64,000 bases of DNA from Nemertoderma westbladi (taxonomy: Eukaryota; Animalia; Xenacoelomorpha), in the NCBI GenBank assembly GCA_032718475.1, contig JAUCBJ010001570.1:1-64000 (forward strand), written 5' to 3'. The translations under genes were made by a program, and so were the position numbers. A model generated the notes under the pieces. The model did no database searches. It worked only from the letters and a program-made list of their open reading frames with translations, and was not told the DNA's origin. This document shows, in pieces, positions 1 through 11,470 of this stretch. The first letter of the stretch is position 1. Every line of letters begins with the position of its first letter.

Positions 1-3000
1 CGTACCGGATAGCAATAGCTTCCAGTTCAATCGTGGCATACCTTGTTTCCGGGTCGCTGATGAACCTGCTGCCACAAGCTATAAGTTTGAAGTGGTCCCC
101 GTGTCGTTGGAGTAAGTTAAAACCAAAGCCATGGAGACGACTGGCGTCCGTTTCGAGTCTTGTTTCTGCTTTCAAGTCGAACGGAGCGAGTACAGGTGGT
201 TGAACGAGGGCGGTTTTAACCCGCTGGAACGCTTGTTGGTGGTTCGCAGTCCATAGGAACTCGTTCCTTGTTCGAAGCAGATCACGCAGAGGTGCCGCTG
301 TGGTGCTGATATCGCTGGAAAAATGTCCTAATTGATTAACCAGCCCCATAAAACTGCGAAGATCCGTTACGTTCTTTGGGGTAGGATATTCAGCGATTGC
401 TTTAATTTTACCTGGGTCCACCTCAGTTCCATTCTCGGTGACAATGAAACCAGCAAACTTAACGCTTGGTTTAGCAAAGTTAAATTTTTCTGGGTGAAGT
501 GTGATTCCGGCTGCACGACACTTCTCGAGAATGGTGCGGACCCGTTCGATGTGTTCCCGAATGTTGGTATCTTCGATGAGTATATCATCGACGATCTTAT
601 GGACCTGGGTTACGCCTTGGAGTGCCATATCGCCCCTGAAGTTATAGCTGTCTCCAGCTGATATAAAGCCCATGGGGGCACGGCAATAACGAAAACGGCC
701 CCACGGCGTAATGAAGGTCGTTAGATCACGTGAGTCTTCGTCTAAGGCAACCTGCCAATAGCCAGACTTTGCGTCTAGCGTGGTGAATATGCAGGTTCCC
801 TTAGTCCGGTCGGAGACTACATCGTGTGGCGTCCTAGAGTTGTGTATGGTTCGCATGACCTGTGAGTTAAGTTTTGTTAAGTCCACAGTCATGCGAATTT
901 CACCAGGGCGGTTGGGTTTGTTGCACACAACTATAGGATGGCACCAGGCGGTTGGTCGGTCCCCGATGCGTTCTATGATACCCTTCTCCTCCATCTGAGC
1001 CAGTTCCTGGCGCACTTTCTCACGGAGAGGGAAGGGTATGGGTCGAGCCGCATTTACGCAGAATGGTTGCGCACCGTCCACTAATTGGATGCTCATTGGT
1101 GGGCCGGACATGGTTAGGAGGTGACCCTTGGAGGCAAAGACATCTTTAAATTCCTCCATGAGTTTTAGTTTGGTCGCCTCATTCTCTATGCCTTGTTTCA
1201 TGGTGGCCACATATGTTGCACGTTGTGCAATAAGTGGCGTTTGGGCGCCGCTGTTGAGGAGAGGTGCGCCACTGATGTGCGGTTGTGTGTCACTGATGAG
1301 CGGTTGTATGCCACCAGTGTCCGTTATTGCAATGTTGGTATATGGCTCAGTCGTCTCACAGTGCTCTATAGGTTTGGGTGTGGAGGTGGTTGCGTTAATT
1401 TCCCGTGGTGTTGGGAAGTTATCCTCCACAATTCCAAGCCCTTTACAAGCCTGGAGAGACAAGTATACAACATTGCCCAAACCCACACACCAATAGACCC
1501 AGTCCTTATATGTGCGATCGCCGGCGGAGAGTTCCATGTGCAGTTTACCCAAACATTTAACTGGGCTACCATTAACAGCTGTGAGTGGGGAGTCTGCTGG
1601 GATGAGTTTGCAATTTTTAAGTCCCCATTCTGTGCGGATTGCGTCGCCCGCTACCACAACTTCTGCACCTGTGTCTGCCACGCACATTTTATTACCCATC
1701 CATATGCCAGATTTCAAGAAGTCTACGGCTATGAGCGGTTTATTAATGTTCGAGATTATTATGGCCCCGCTGGTTTTTCCGCCAAATTTTGATTGGAGAC
1801 ATTTTGATCCGAAATGTCCCTTTCTACCACATTTATGACAGTCAATGTTAGTTGCTTTACAGGGGTTATTATTCGGGTGGGGGTACTGACCCCCGCAGTT
1901 TAAGCATTCCCCCCGCTGTTTCACTTGGTGGATTGTTTCCCGTACGTTGTAGTTAGAGGTACCCCGGTTCCTGTCTGTAGATATGGCGGACTTGGAGCGC
2001 TGGTAGTTACTCTTCTTCTTATAGCGACTCCGACCTCGCCACTGATTGGCCGAGGTTGTATGCTGGACAGCATTAATGCGTTGCTCGCGAATGAGTTTAT
2101 TATCGCGAGCGGCAACTTCGCGCGATCGGCAGAAGTCTGGGATTTGTTCCCGAGTTAGTGGAGGACGTTTAGCGAATATTTCCTCCCTTGTTTCATCGTC
2201 CTGAATTCCCCGAACTATGAGGGTGTTTATCCAGTCGTCACGGTTCATCGTGTCTAGGTCGGCATCTTGCGCCAACTCGAGCAGTCTGACATAGTAATCA
2301 TCGAAAGTCTGACCTGGTTCCTGTTTAAGTTGTACCAGTTGGTGCCGATCCACAACGATGTTGCGTTCTGCCCGGAGATATTGCCGTATATCATCGATGA
2401 TTTCTGTTAGAGTTTTTGTCGTATCTGCGGGAATATCTAGTCGGTGGTGGATCCGGTTGAGGAACTCGGGGGAACAGTTGCTGAAAAATATAGCTACCTG
2501 GTCTTCCCTCGATTTTTGTTCCAGGTGGACGATACGGCCGTAGTTCAGCCACTGCCTCTCCCAGCGCACGAAACGGTGGTAGCTATAATCTACCTCGAGT
2601 TTATCCGGTGCTCTGGCTGTTAGTTTAGCGGCCGCGGTTGTACCGTCGTTGTTCCGCGGGGCGTTATCCTCGCGGCGACCTGCAGACTGTCCGCCAGGTT
2701 GTTGCAGGAGTTGCAGTAATCGAAGCTCCCGTTCCTCGTCCCGTTGTTCGCGTCGACGTTCCTCCTCAAGGCGGAGCTGTTGTTCTTCCGCCCGATCAGC
2801 TGCGCGTTGACGCTCCATGTACTGAAGGATTTGAGTCCAGTCCGGAGGAGTTTGTTTTTCCCCCTCGCTCGAATCTTCCTGCTCGTTTACCGCTTTTATT
2901 AGTCGTTTACGGAGAGTTGCTGATGGCGTTTTTGGATCGAACGGGACCCCGGCGTTGCTGCAATGTTGTTTTAACGCGGGGCGTTCCAGTAGCTCTATCT

Positions 3001-3049
3001 GAGCTGCGTTTAGATCCAGCCAGTCCTCCGGTTCTATCGACGTTGCCAT
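1..3049 (-). CDS. Ty3/Gypsy (Mag-like) gag-pol polyprotein, single frame, runs off the left window edge
   Basis: Manual minus-strand translation from ATG at 3049 (MATSIEPEDWLDL...). Two zinc knuckles CLNCGGQYPHPNNNPC and CHKCGRKGHFGSKC (~1810-1910), protease VADTGAE (~1670), RT KIVDDILI (~590, same frame as the ATG), RNase H LETDASRLHGFG...ETRYATIELEA (~20-160). Order PR-RT-RH. Absent from the ORF track, consistent with no stop inside the window. Confidence 0.93.
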   Translation of the reverse strand, partial: MATSIEPEDWLDLNAAQIELLERPALKQHCSNAGVPFDPKTPSATLRKRLIKAVNEQEDSSEGEKQTPPDWTQILQYMERQRAADRAEEQQLRLEEERRREQRDEERELRLLQLLQQPGGQSAGRREDNAPRNNDGTTAAAKLTARAPDKLEVDYSYHRFVRWERQWLNYGRIVHLEQKSREDQVAIFFSNCSPEFLNRIHHRLDIPADTTKTLTEIIDDIRQYLRAERNIVVDRHQLVQLKQEPGQTFDDYYVRLLELAQDADLDTMNRDDWINTLIVRGIQDDETREEIFAKRPPLTREQIPDFCRSREVAARDNKLIREQRINAVQHTTSANQWRGRSRYKKKSNYQRSKSAISTDRNRGTSNYNVRETIHQVKQRGECLNCGGQYPHPNNNPCKATNIDCHKCGRKGHFGSKCLQSKFGGKTSGAIIISNINKPLIAVDFLKSGIWMGNKMCVADTGAEVVVAGDAIRTEWGLKNCKLIPADSPLTAVNGSPVKCLGKLHMELSAGDRTYKDWVYWCVGLGNVVYLSLQACKGLGIVEDNFPTPREINATTSTPKPIEHCETTEPYTNIAITDTGGIQPLISDTQPHISGAPLLNSGAQTPLIAQRATYVATMKQGIENEATKLKLMEEFKDVFASKGHLLTMSGPPMSIQLVDGAQPFCVNAARPIPFPLREKVRQELAQMEEKGIIERIGDRPTAWCHPIVVCNKPNRPGEIRMTVDLTKLNSQVMRTIHNSRTPHDVVSDRTKGTCIFTTLDAKSGYWQVALDEDSRDLTTFITPWGRFRYCRAPMGFISAGDSYNFRGDMALQGVTQVHKIVDDILIEDTNIREHIERVRTILEKCRAAGITLHPEKFNFAKPSVKFAGFIVTENGTEVDPGKIKAIAEYPTPKNVTDLRSFMGLVNQLGHFSSDISTTAAPLRDLLRTRNEFLWTANHQQAFQRVKTALVQPPVLAPFDLKAETRLETDASRLHGFGFNLLQRHGDHFKLIACGSRFISDPETRYATIELEAIAIRY

Positions 3050-3110
3050 TACGGTTGTTAATCTTATGTGAATTAACTCCCACGTTAGTTCAACTGACCA
3101 TACCGGCCAG

Positions 3111-3125
3111 CCGCACGCTGCGCCA
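3111..3125 (-). other. Primer-binding site, probably tRNA-Ser
   Basis: Minus strand TGGCGCAGCGTGCGG a few bases inside the LTR end; complementary to a tRNA 3' end ...CGCUGCGCCA, as in eukaryotic tRNA-Ser. Confidence 0.65.
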
Positions 3126-3130
3126 TATTA

Positions 3131-3340
3131 TGTTTCAATTATATACAGAATACTGATAGGCCTTGCAGTGTTAAGTACAGGTTAATCGATCTGGCTACTT
3201 CCATATAATTACAGAATTAAGAATATCAGTATATTGTCTTACAGTGCTGCAGTGTTAAGTACCGGTACCCCATAACCAGCTACGGTAGGTCCATAAAGTA
3301 TATTGGGGCGAGCCATCTAGTTTGTTATGAGGTCACGACA
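3131..3340 (-). mobile_element. 5' LTR (~210 bp) of the Gypsy element
   Basis: Minus strand begins TGTCGTGACC (3340) and ends ...TGAAACA (3131), followed by PBS and gag; the satellite starts immediately at 3341. The second LTR is outside the window. Confidence 0.75.
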
Positions 3341-6300
3341 GTGGCGCGGTAGGTATGCACAACAAATCAACGGTGGCGCAGTGGGTATGCACAACAAATC
3401 AACAGTGGCGCGGTAGGTATGCACAACAAATCAACGGTGGCGCTGTAGGTATGCACAACAAATCAACGGTGGCGCTGTAGGTATGCACAACAAATCAACG
3501 GTGGCGCGGTAGGTATGCACAACAAATCAACGGTGGCGCGGTAGGTATGCACAACAAATCAACGGTGGCGCGGTAAGTATGCACAACAAATCAACGGTGG
3601 CGCGGTAGGTATGCACAACAAATCAACGGTGGCGCGGTAGGTATGCACAACAAATCAACGGTGGCGCGGTAAGTATGCACAACAAATCAACGGTGGCGCG
3701 GTAGGTATGCACAGCAAATCAACGGTGGCGCGGTAGGTATGCACAACAAATCAACGGTGGCGCGGTAGGTATGCACAACAAATCAACAGTGGCGCGGTAG
3801 GTATGCACAACAAATCAACGGTGGCGCGGTAGGTATGCACAACAAATCAACGGTGGCGCGGTAGGTATGCACAACAAATCAACGGTGGCGCTGTAGGTAT
3901 GCACAACAAATCAACGGTGGCGCTGTAGGTATGCACAACAAATCAACGGTGGCGCGGTAGGTATGCACAACAAATCAACGGTGGCGCGGTAGGTATGCAC
4001 AACAAATCAACGGTGGCGCGGTAAGTATGCACAACAAATCAACGGTGGCGCGGTAGGTATGCACAGCAAATCAACGGTGGCGCGGTAGGTATGCACAACA
4101 AATCAACGGTGGCGCGGTAAGTATGCACAACAAATGAATGGTGGCGCGGTAGGTATGCACAGCAAATCAACGGTGGCGCGGTAGGTATGCACAGCAAATC
4201 AACAGTGGCGCGGTGGGTATGCACAGCAAATCAACGGTGGCGCGGTAGGTATGCACAACAAATCAACGATGGCGTTGAGGGTATGCACAACAAATCAACA
4301 GTGGCGCGGTAGGTATGCACAACAAATCAACGGTGGCGCGGTAGGTATGCACAGTAAATCAACGGTGGCGCGGTAGGTATGCACAGTAAATCAACGGTGG
4401 CGCGGTAAGTATGCACAACAAATCAACGGTGGCGCGATAGGTATGCACAACAAATCAATGGTGGCGCGGTAGGTATGCACAACAAATCAACAGTGGCGCG
4501 GTAGGTATGCACAACAAATCAACGGTGGCGCAGTGGGTATGCACAACAAATTAACAGTGGCGCGGTAGGTATGCACAACAAATCAACGGTGGCGCAGTAG
4601 GTATGCACAACAAATCAACGGTGGCGCTGTAGGTATGCACAACAAATCAACAGTGGCGCGGTAGGTATGCACAACAAATCAACAGTGGCGCGGCAGGTAT
4701 GCACAACAAATCAACGGTGGCGCGGTGGGTATGCACAACAAATCAACAGTGGCGCGGTAGGTATGCACAACAAATCAACGGTGGCGCGGTAGGTATGCAC
4801 AACAAATCAACGGTGGCGCTGTAGGTATGCACAACAAATCAACGGTGGCGCTGTAGGTATGCACAACAAATCAACGGTGGCGCGGTAGGTATGCACAACA
4901 AATCAACAGTGGCGCGGTAGGTATGCACAACAAATCAACGGTGGCGCGGTAGGTATGCACAATAAATCAACGGTGGCGCGGTAGGTATGCACAACAAATC
5001 AACAGTGGCGCGGTAGGTATGCACAACAAATCAACAGTGGCGCGGCAGGTATGCACAACAAATCAACGGTGGCGCGGTGGGTATGCACAACAAATCAACA
5101 GTGGCGCGGTAGGTATTCACAACAAATCAACGGTGGCGCGGTAGGTATGCACAACAAATCAACGGTGGCGCTGTAGGTATGCACAACAAATCAACGGTGG
5201 CGCGGTAGGTATGCACAACAAATCAACGGTGGCGCGGTGGGTATGCACAACAAATCAACGGTGGCGCGGTGGGTATGCACAACAAATCAACAGTGGCGCG
5301 GTAGGTATGCACAACAAATCAACGGTGGCGCTGTAGGTATGCACAACAAATCAATGGTGGCGCGGTAGGTATGCACAACAAATCGACAGTGGCGCGGTAG
5401 GTATGCACAACAAATCAACGGTGGCGCGGTGGGTATGCACAACAAATCAACGGTGGCGCGGTGGGTATGCACAACAAATCAACAGTGGCGCGGTAGGTAT
5501 GCACAACAAATCAACGGTGGCGCTGTAGGTATGCACAACAAATCAACGGTGGCGCTGTAGGTATGCACAACAAATCAATGGTGGCGCGGTAGGTATGCAC
5601 AACAAATCGACAGTGGCGCGGTAGGTATGCACAACAAATCAACGGTGGCGCGGTGGGTATGCACAACAAATCAACGGTGGCGCGGTAGGTATGCACAACA
5701 AATCAACGGTGGCGCGGTAAGTATGCACAACAAATCAACGGTGGCGCAGTAGGTATGCACAACAAATCAACGGTGGCGCCCTGGGTATGCACAACAAATC
5801 AACAGTGGCGCGGTAGGTATGCACAACAAATCAACAGTGGCGCGGTAGGTATGCACAACAAATCAACGGTGGCGCGGTAGGTATGCACAATAAATCAACG
5901 GTGGCGCGGTGGGTATGCACAACAAATCAACGGTGGCGCAGTAGGTATGCACAACAAATCAACGGTGGCGCCCTGGGTATGCACAACAAATCAACAGTGG
6001 CGCGGTAGGTATGCACAACAAATCAACAGTGGCGCGGTAGGTATGCACAACAAATCAACAGTGGCGCGGTAGGTATGCACAACAAATCAACGGTGGCGCG
6101 GTAGGTATGCACAACAAATCAACGGTGGCGCGGTGGGTATGCACAACAAATCAACGGTGGCGCCCTGGGTATGCACAACAAATCAACAGTGGCGCGGTAG
6201 GTATGCACAACAAATCAACGGTGGCGCGGTAGATATGCACAACAAATCAACGGTGGCGCGGTGGGTATGCACAACAAATCAATGGTGGCGCGGTAGGTAT

Positions 6301-9300
6301 GCACAACAAATCAACGGTGGCGCGGTGGGTATGCACAACAAATCAATGGTGGCGCGGTAGGTATGCACAACAAATCAATGGTGGCGCGGTAGGTATGCAC
6401 AACAAATCAACGGTGGCGCGGTGGGTATGCACAACAAATCAACGGTGGCGCCCTGGGTATGCACAACAAATCAACAGTGGCGCGGTAGGTATGCACAACA
6501 AATCAACGGTGGCGCGGTAGGTATGCACAACAAATCAACGGTGGCGCGGTGGGTATGCACAATAAATCAACGGTGGCGCCCTGGGTATGCACAACAAATC
6601 AACTGTGGCGCGATAGGTATGCACAACAAATCAACGGTGGCGCTGTAGGTATGCACAACAAATCAACGGTGGCGCTGTAGGTATGCACAACAAATCAACG
6701 GTGGCGCGGTAGGTATGCACAACAAATCAACGGTGGCGCGGTAAGTATGCACAACAAATCAACGGTGGCGCAGTAGGTATGCACAACAAATCAACGGTGG
6801 CGCCCTGGGTATGCACAACAAATCAACAGTGGCGCGGTAGGTATGCACAACAAATCAACAGTGGCGCGGTAGGTATGCACAACAAATCAACGGTGGCGCG
6901 GTAGGTATGCACAATAAATCAACGGTGGCGCGGTGGGTATGCACAACAAATCAACGGTGGCGCAGTAGGTATGCACAACAAATCAACGGTGGCGCCCTGG
7001 GTATGCACAACAATTCAACAGTGGCGCGGTAGGTATGCACAACAAATCAACGGTGGCGCGGTAGGTATGCGCAACAAATCCACGGTGGCGCGGTGGGTAT
7101 GCACAACAAATCAACGGTGGCGCGGTAGGTATGCACAGCAAATCAACGGTGGCGCAGTAGGTATGCACAACAATTCAACGGTGGCGCCCTGGGTATGCAC
7201 AACAAATCAACGGTGGCGCGGTAAGTATGCACAACAAATCAACGGTGGCGCGGTAAGTATGCACAACAAATCAACTGTGGCGCGATAGGTATGCACGACA
7301 AATCAACGGTGGCGCTGTAGGTATGCACAACAAATCAACGGTGGCGCTGTAGGTATGCACAACAAATCAACGGTGGCGCGGTAGGTATGCACAACAAATC
7401 AACGGTGGCGCGGTGGGTATGCACAACAAATCAACGGTGGCGCGGTGGGTATGCACAACAAATCAACAGTGGCGCGGTAGGTATGCACAAAAAATCAACG
7501 GTGGCGCTGTAGGTATGCACAACAAATCAATGGTGGCGTGGTAGGTATGCACAACAAATCGACAGTGGCGCGGTAGGTATGCACAACAAATCAACGGTGG
7601 CGCGGTGGGTATGCACAACAAATCAACGGTGGCGCGGTGGGTATGCACAACAAATCAACAGTGGCGCGGTAGGTATGCACAACAAATCAACGGTGGCGCT
7701 GTAGGTATGCACAACAAATCAACGGTGGCGCTGTAGGTATGCACAACAAATCAATGGTGGCGCGGTAGGTATGCACAACAAATCGACAGTGGCGCGGTAG
7801 GTATGCACAACAAATCAACGGTGGCGCGGTGGGTATGCACAACAAATCAACGGTGGCGCGGTAGGTATGCACAACAAATCAACGGTGGCGCGGTAAGTAT
7901 GCACAACAAATCAACGGTGGCGCGGTAAGTATGCACAACAAATCAACTGTGGCGCGATAGGTATGCACAACTAATCAACGGTGGCGCTGTAGGTATGCAC
8001 AACAAATCAACGGTGGCGCGGTAGGTATGCACAACAAATCAACGGTGGCGCGGTAAGTATGCACAACAAATCAACGGTGGCGCAGTAGGTATGCACAACA
8101 AATCAACGGTGGCGCCCTGGGTATGCACAACAAATCAACAGTGGCGCGGTAGGTATGCACAACAAATCAACAGTGGCGCGGTAGGTATGCACAACAAATC
8201 AACGGTGGCGCGGTAGGTATGCACAATAAATCAACGGTGGCGCGGTGGGTATGCACAACAAATCAACGGTGGCGCAGTAGGTATGCACAACAAATCAACG
8301 GTGGCGCGGTAAGTATGCACAACAAATCAACGGTGGCGCAGTAGGTATGCACAACAAATCAACGGTGGCGCCCTGGGTATGCACAATAAATCAACGGTGG
8401 CGCGGTGGGTATGCACAACAAATCAACGGTGGCGCAGTAGGTATGCACAACAAATCAACGGTGGCGCGGTGGGTATGCACAACAAATCAACGGTGGCGCG
8501 GTAGGTATGCACAGCAAATCAACGGTGGCGCAGTAGGTATGCACAACAAATCAACGGTGGCGCCCTGGGTATGCACAACAAATCAACAGTGGCGCGGTAG
8601 GTATGCACAACAAATCAACAGTGGCGCGGTAGGTATGCACAACAAATCAACGGTGGCGCGGTAGGTATGCACAATAAATCAACGGTGGCGCGGTGGGTAT
8701 GCACAACAAATCAACGGTGGCGCGGTAGGTATGCACAGCAAATCAACGGTGGCGCAGTAGGTATGCACAACAAATCAACGGTGGCGCCCTGGGTATGCAC
8801 AACAAATCAACAGTGGCGCGGTAGGTATGCACAACAAATCAACAGTGGCGCGGTAGGTATGCACAACAAATCAACGGTGGCGCGGTAGGTATGCACAACA
8901 AATCAACGGTGGCGCGGTAGGTATGCACAACAAATCAACGGTGGCGCGGTGGGTATGCACAACAAATCAACGGTGGCGCGGTAGGTATGCACAGCAAATC
9001 AACGGTGGCGCAGTAGGTATGCACAACAAATCAACGGTGGCGCGGTAGGTATGCACAACAAATCAACGGTGGCGCGGTAGGTATGCACAACAAATCAACG
9101 GTGGCGCGGTGGGTATGCACAACAAATCAACGGTGGCGCGGTATGTATGCACAGCAAATCAACGGTGGCGCAGTAGGTATGCACAACAAATCAACGGTGG
9201 CGCCCTGGGTATGCACAACAAATCAACAGTGGCGCGGTAGGTATGCACAACAAATCAACAGTGGCGCGGTAGGTATGCACAACAAATCAACGGTGGCGCG

Positions 9301-9382
9301 GTAGGTATGCACAATAAATCAACGGTGGCGCGGTGGGTATGCACAACAAATCAACGGTGGCGCTGTAGGTATGCACAACAAA
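3341..9382. repeat. 32-bp satellite, ~189 copies (GTGGCGCGGTAGGTATGCACAACAAATCAACG)
   Basis: Direct tandem repetition with recurrent point variants and no spacers. Confidence 0.99.
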
Positions 9383-9545
9383 GAATGCCATGATAAATAT
9401 ACTAATACTACAGTTGTACATACTTTTTGTAGTAAATTGCTGTTTTTTGTGAATTGTTACATATATACATAGTAAAGGTGTTGGTTCTTTATATTATGTT
9501 ATATTACCAGTACCTATTGATATATTATCTTAATAATAATAATAA

Positions 9546-10221
9546 ATGGCTGGCTTTAATTCAGGACCATATAATTTAAATTTTTGTATGGGAACAAGCA
9601 TGATTATTTCAGGGCCATCCGGTTTGGGTAAATCTACCTTTGTCAGTGACTTAATCAAACACAAGAATGGCTGCTTCAACGAATCCCCCTTGCGATTATT
9701 GTATTGTTACGGGAGCAATCCCCCGACTATTCCCGGTATTACTCACCTTTACAAAGGTCTACCTGAAAATATAGACACTTTAGTAAATAGTCCAGATTTA
9801 TTAATTATAGATGATTTATTAACAGAAACTGAGTCCAGTACAGCCTTAACTGTATTGTTTACTAAGGTTGCTCATCATTCCAATATATTTATTTGTTTCA
9901 TAACGCAAAACATGTTTTATGGTGGGAAGCATAACCGTACAAGGTCAATTAATAGCCATACGTTAGTATTAATGAAAAATCCACGCGACAGTTTATCGGT
10001 TTTAAATTTCGCAAAGCAGATGTTACCCAGGCAGACAAAATTTTTAGTAGATTCCTATCAAGATGCGACTATTAACCCCGTTTTCACATTTCTTAATTGA
10101 TTTACGTCAGGAAACACCCGAACATTTAAGATTTAGATCAGATATATTTCATAATCATAATTGTTACATTAAAAATTATATTGACTATAAACGTAACGAT
10201 AATAATAATAATAATAATTAA
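9546..10221 (+). pseudogene. Polinton genome-packaging ATPase (A32/FtsK-like), frameshifted near 10077
   Basis: Walker A GPSGLGKS, Walker B LLIIDD, LFTKVAHH, ITQN, KNPRD. After a +1 shift it continues PFSHFLIDLRQETPEHLRFRSDIF to TAA at 10219-10221. Confidence 0.88.
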
Positions 10222-10260
10222 TATTCATATTTTGTAAAAATTGTAAATAATGTCGCAACA

Positions 10261-10665
10261 ATGAATAGACTTCTGCAGAAATATTGTAACGAATTGGAAT
10301 TTTTACGCAGCACTACCCCTCAACAAAGAACTTGTTTTATTAACCATACCGCGAGTAACGAATTAATACGCATCATTGTAAATACAGCTTTAAATGTTCT
10401 AAAAGGTAACGTACAATTGACCCCCAATTAATTTAGAAATATTCGTCGTTATAAAAAGGTATTAAAATCACTCAATAGGAAAACAAAAAATATATCAAGT
10501 TACAGAAAAAAGTTATCCAATCAATCTGGAGGTATACTTCCGTTTCTAATACCCCTGTTCGGCATTGGTGCGAAACTCGCTGCGGGAGCTGGCGCCACGG
10601 CTGCGGGAGCTGGCGCCGCGGCCGCCAGGGCGGCTATTGTGAAAAGAATTAACCGGGGTTGGTAA
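10261..10665 (+). pseudogene. Small basic Polinton virion core/membrane-active protein with adenovirus pX-like motif; one internal stop
   Basis: Manual translation MNRLLQKY...NVLKGNVQLTPN*FRNIRRYKKVLK...QSGGILPFLIPLFGIGAKLAAGAG...RGW*; single TAA at 10429. Confidence 0.7.
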
Positions 10666-10876
10666 TAATAATGGTTAAAACGGAAATAACATAAAATTAT
10701 ACTTAGTATCGAGTAAACCGTTAGCTACTGTTTTAAAACTTCAAGATATACCTAGAGTAAATAGTACAAAAAGAAAAACATCAACTTCAAAGAAAATAAA
10801 AAAATGTCAGCTGTTTTTACGGTGATGCCCTTTATAAGGGATTTGAATATACATATTACTTGCGGTTGTCGACAAG

Positions 10877-11470
10877 ATGCCTCGCAAGATGAAACCGATT
10901 TTAACCCGGAGCTTAGACAAAAATCTGTTAAGAATTTATTCAGATCCTTCGTCACCTGCAGGCTTTGCAAGTATCACAAAATTAGCAAAAGCAGCAAACA
11001 TCAAACTATATCAAGCCCAGAAATGGTTAAGCGGGCAAAAGACGTATACCCTTCACGCACCATGTAGACATCGTTATCCAGCATCTAAAATATTTACGGG
11101 TGGGCTAAAAGATATATATATATGATAGATCTGGTGGATATGCAGCAATATAAATCGCAAAATAATAATTATAACTACATATTAACATGTATTGATGCCT
11201 GTAGTCGGCTTGCTTTCGCCTACTGTATGAAAACAAAAACAGGTATTGAAATTATTAGTATATTGCAAAAAATATTCGCAAAAGGCAAACCAAACAGAAT
11301 CGCTACCGACCAAGGATCTGAATTTTTAAATAAACCTGTGAGGAAATATTTAGATACTATCAGTGTACAGTATTACATAATGTACTCGGTGAATAAGGCT
11401 GCTATAGTCGAAAGGTTTAATAGAACATTAAAGACAAAAATGTTCAAAATTTTCACACAACAAACTTCCA
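10877..11470 (+). pseudogene. Polinton retroviral-like (rve) integrase, frameshifted and 3'-truncated
   Basis: IYSDPSSPAGF...KWLSGQKTYTLH, frameshift in the (AT)n run at ~11112-11122, then DLVDM, TCIDACSR, TDQGSEF, AAIVERFNRTLK (DDE). Confidence 0.9.

Noticed and set aside
332-3156. Plus-strand ORFs over the Gypsy element
   Set aside because: Antisense shadows of the minus-strand gag-pol.
3304-3315. TGGGGCGAGCCA shared by the LTR, the 49-bp repeat and (inverted) ~28774-28785
   Set aside because: Only 12 bp with no extended similarity; chance or a common motif cannot be distinguished.
3341-9382. CRISPR-like 32-bp periodicity and numerous MHNKSTVAR/MHTYRAT ORFs
   Set aside because: Monomers are contiguous with no unique spacers and no cas genes; the ORFs are translation artefacts of the satellite.
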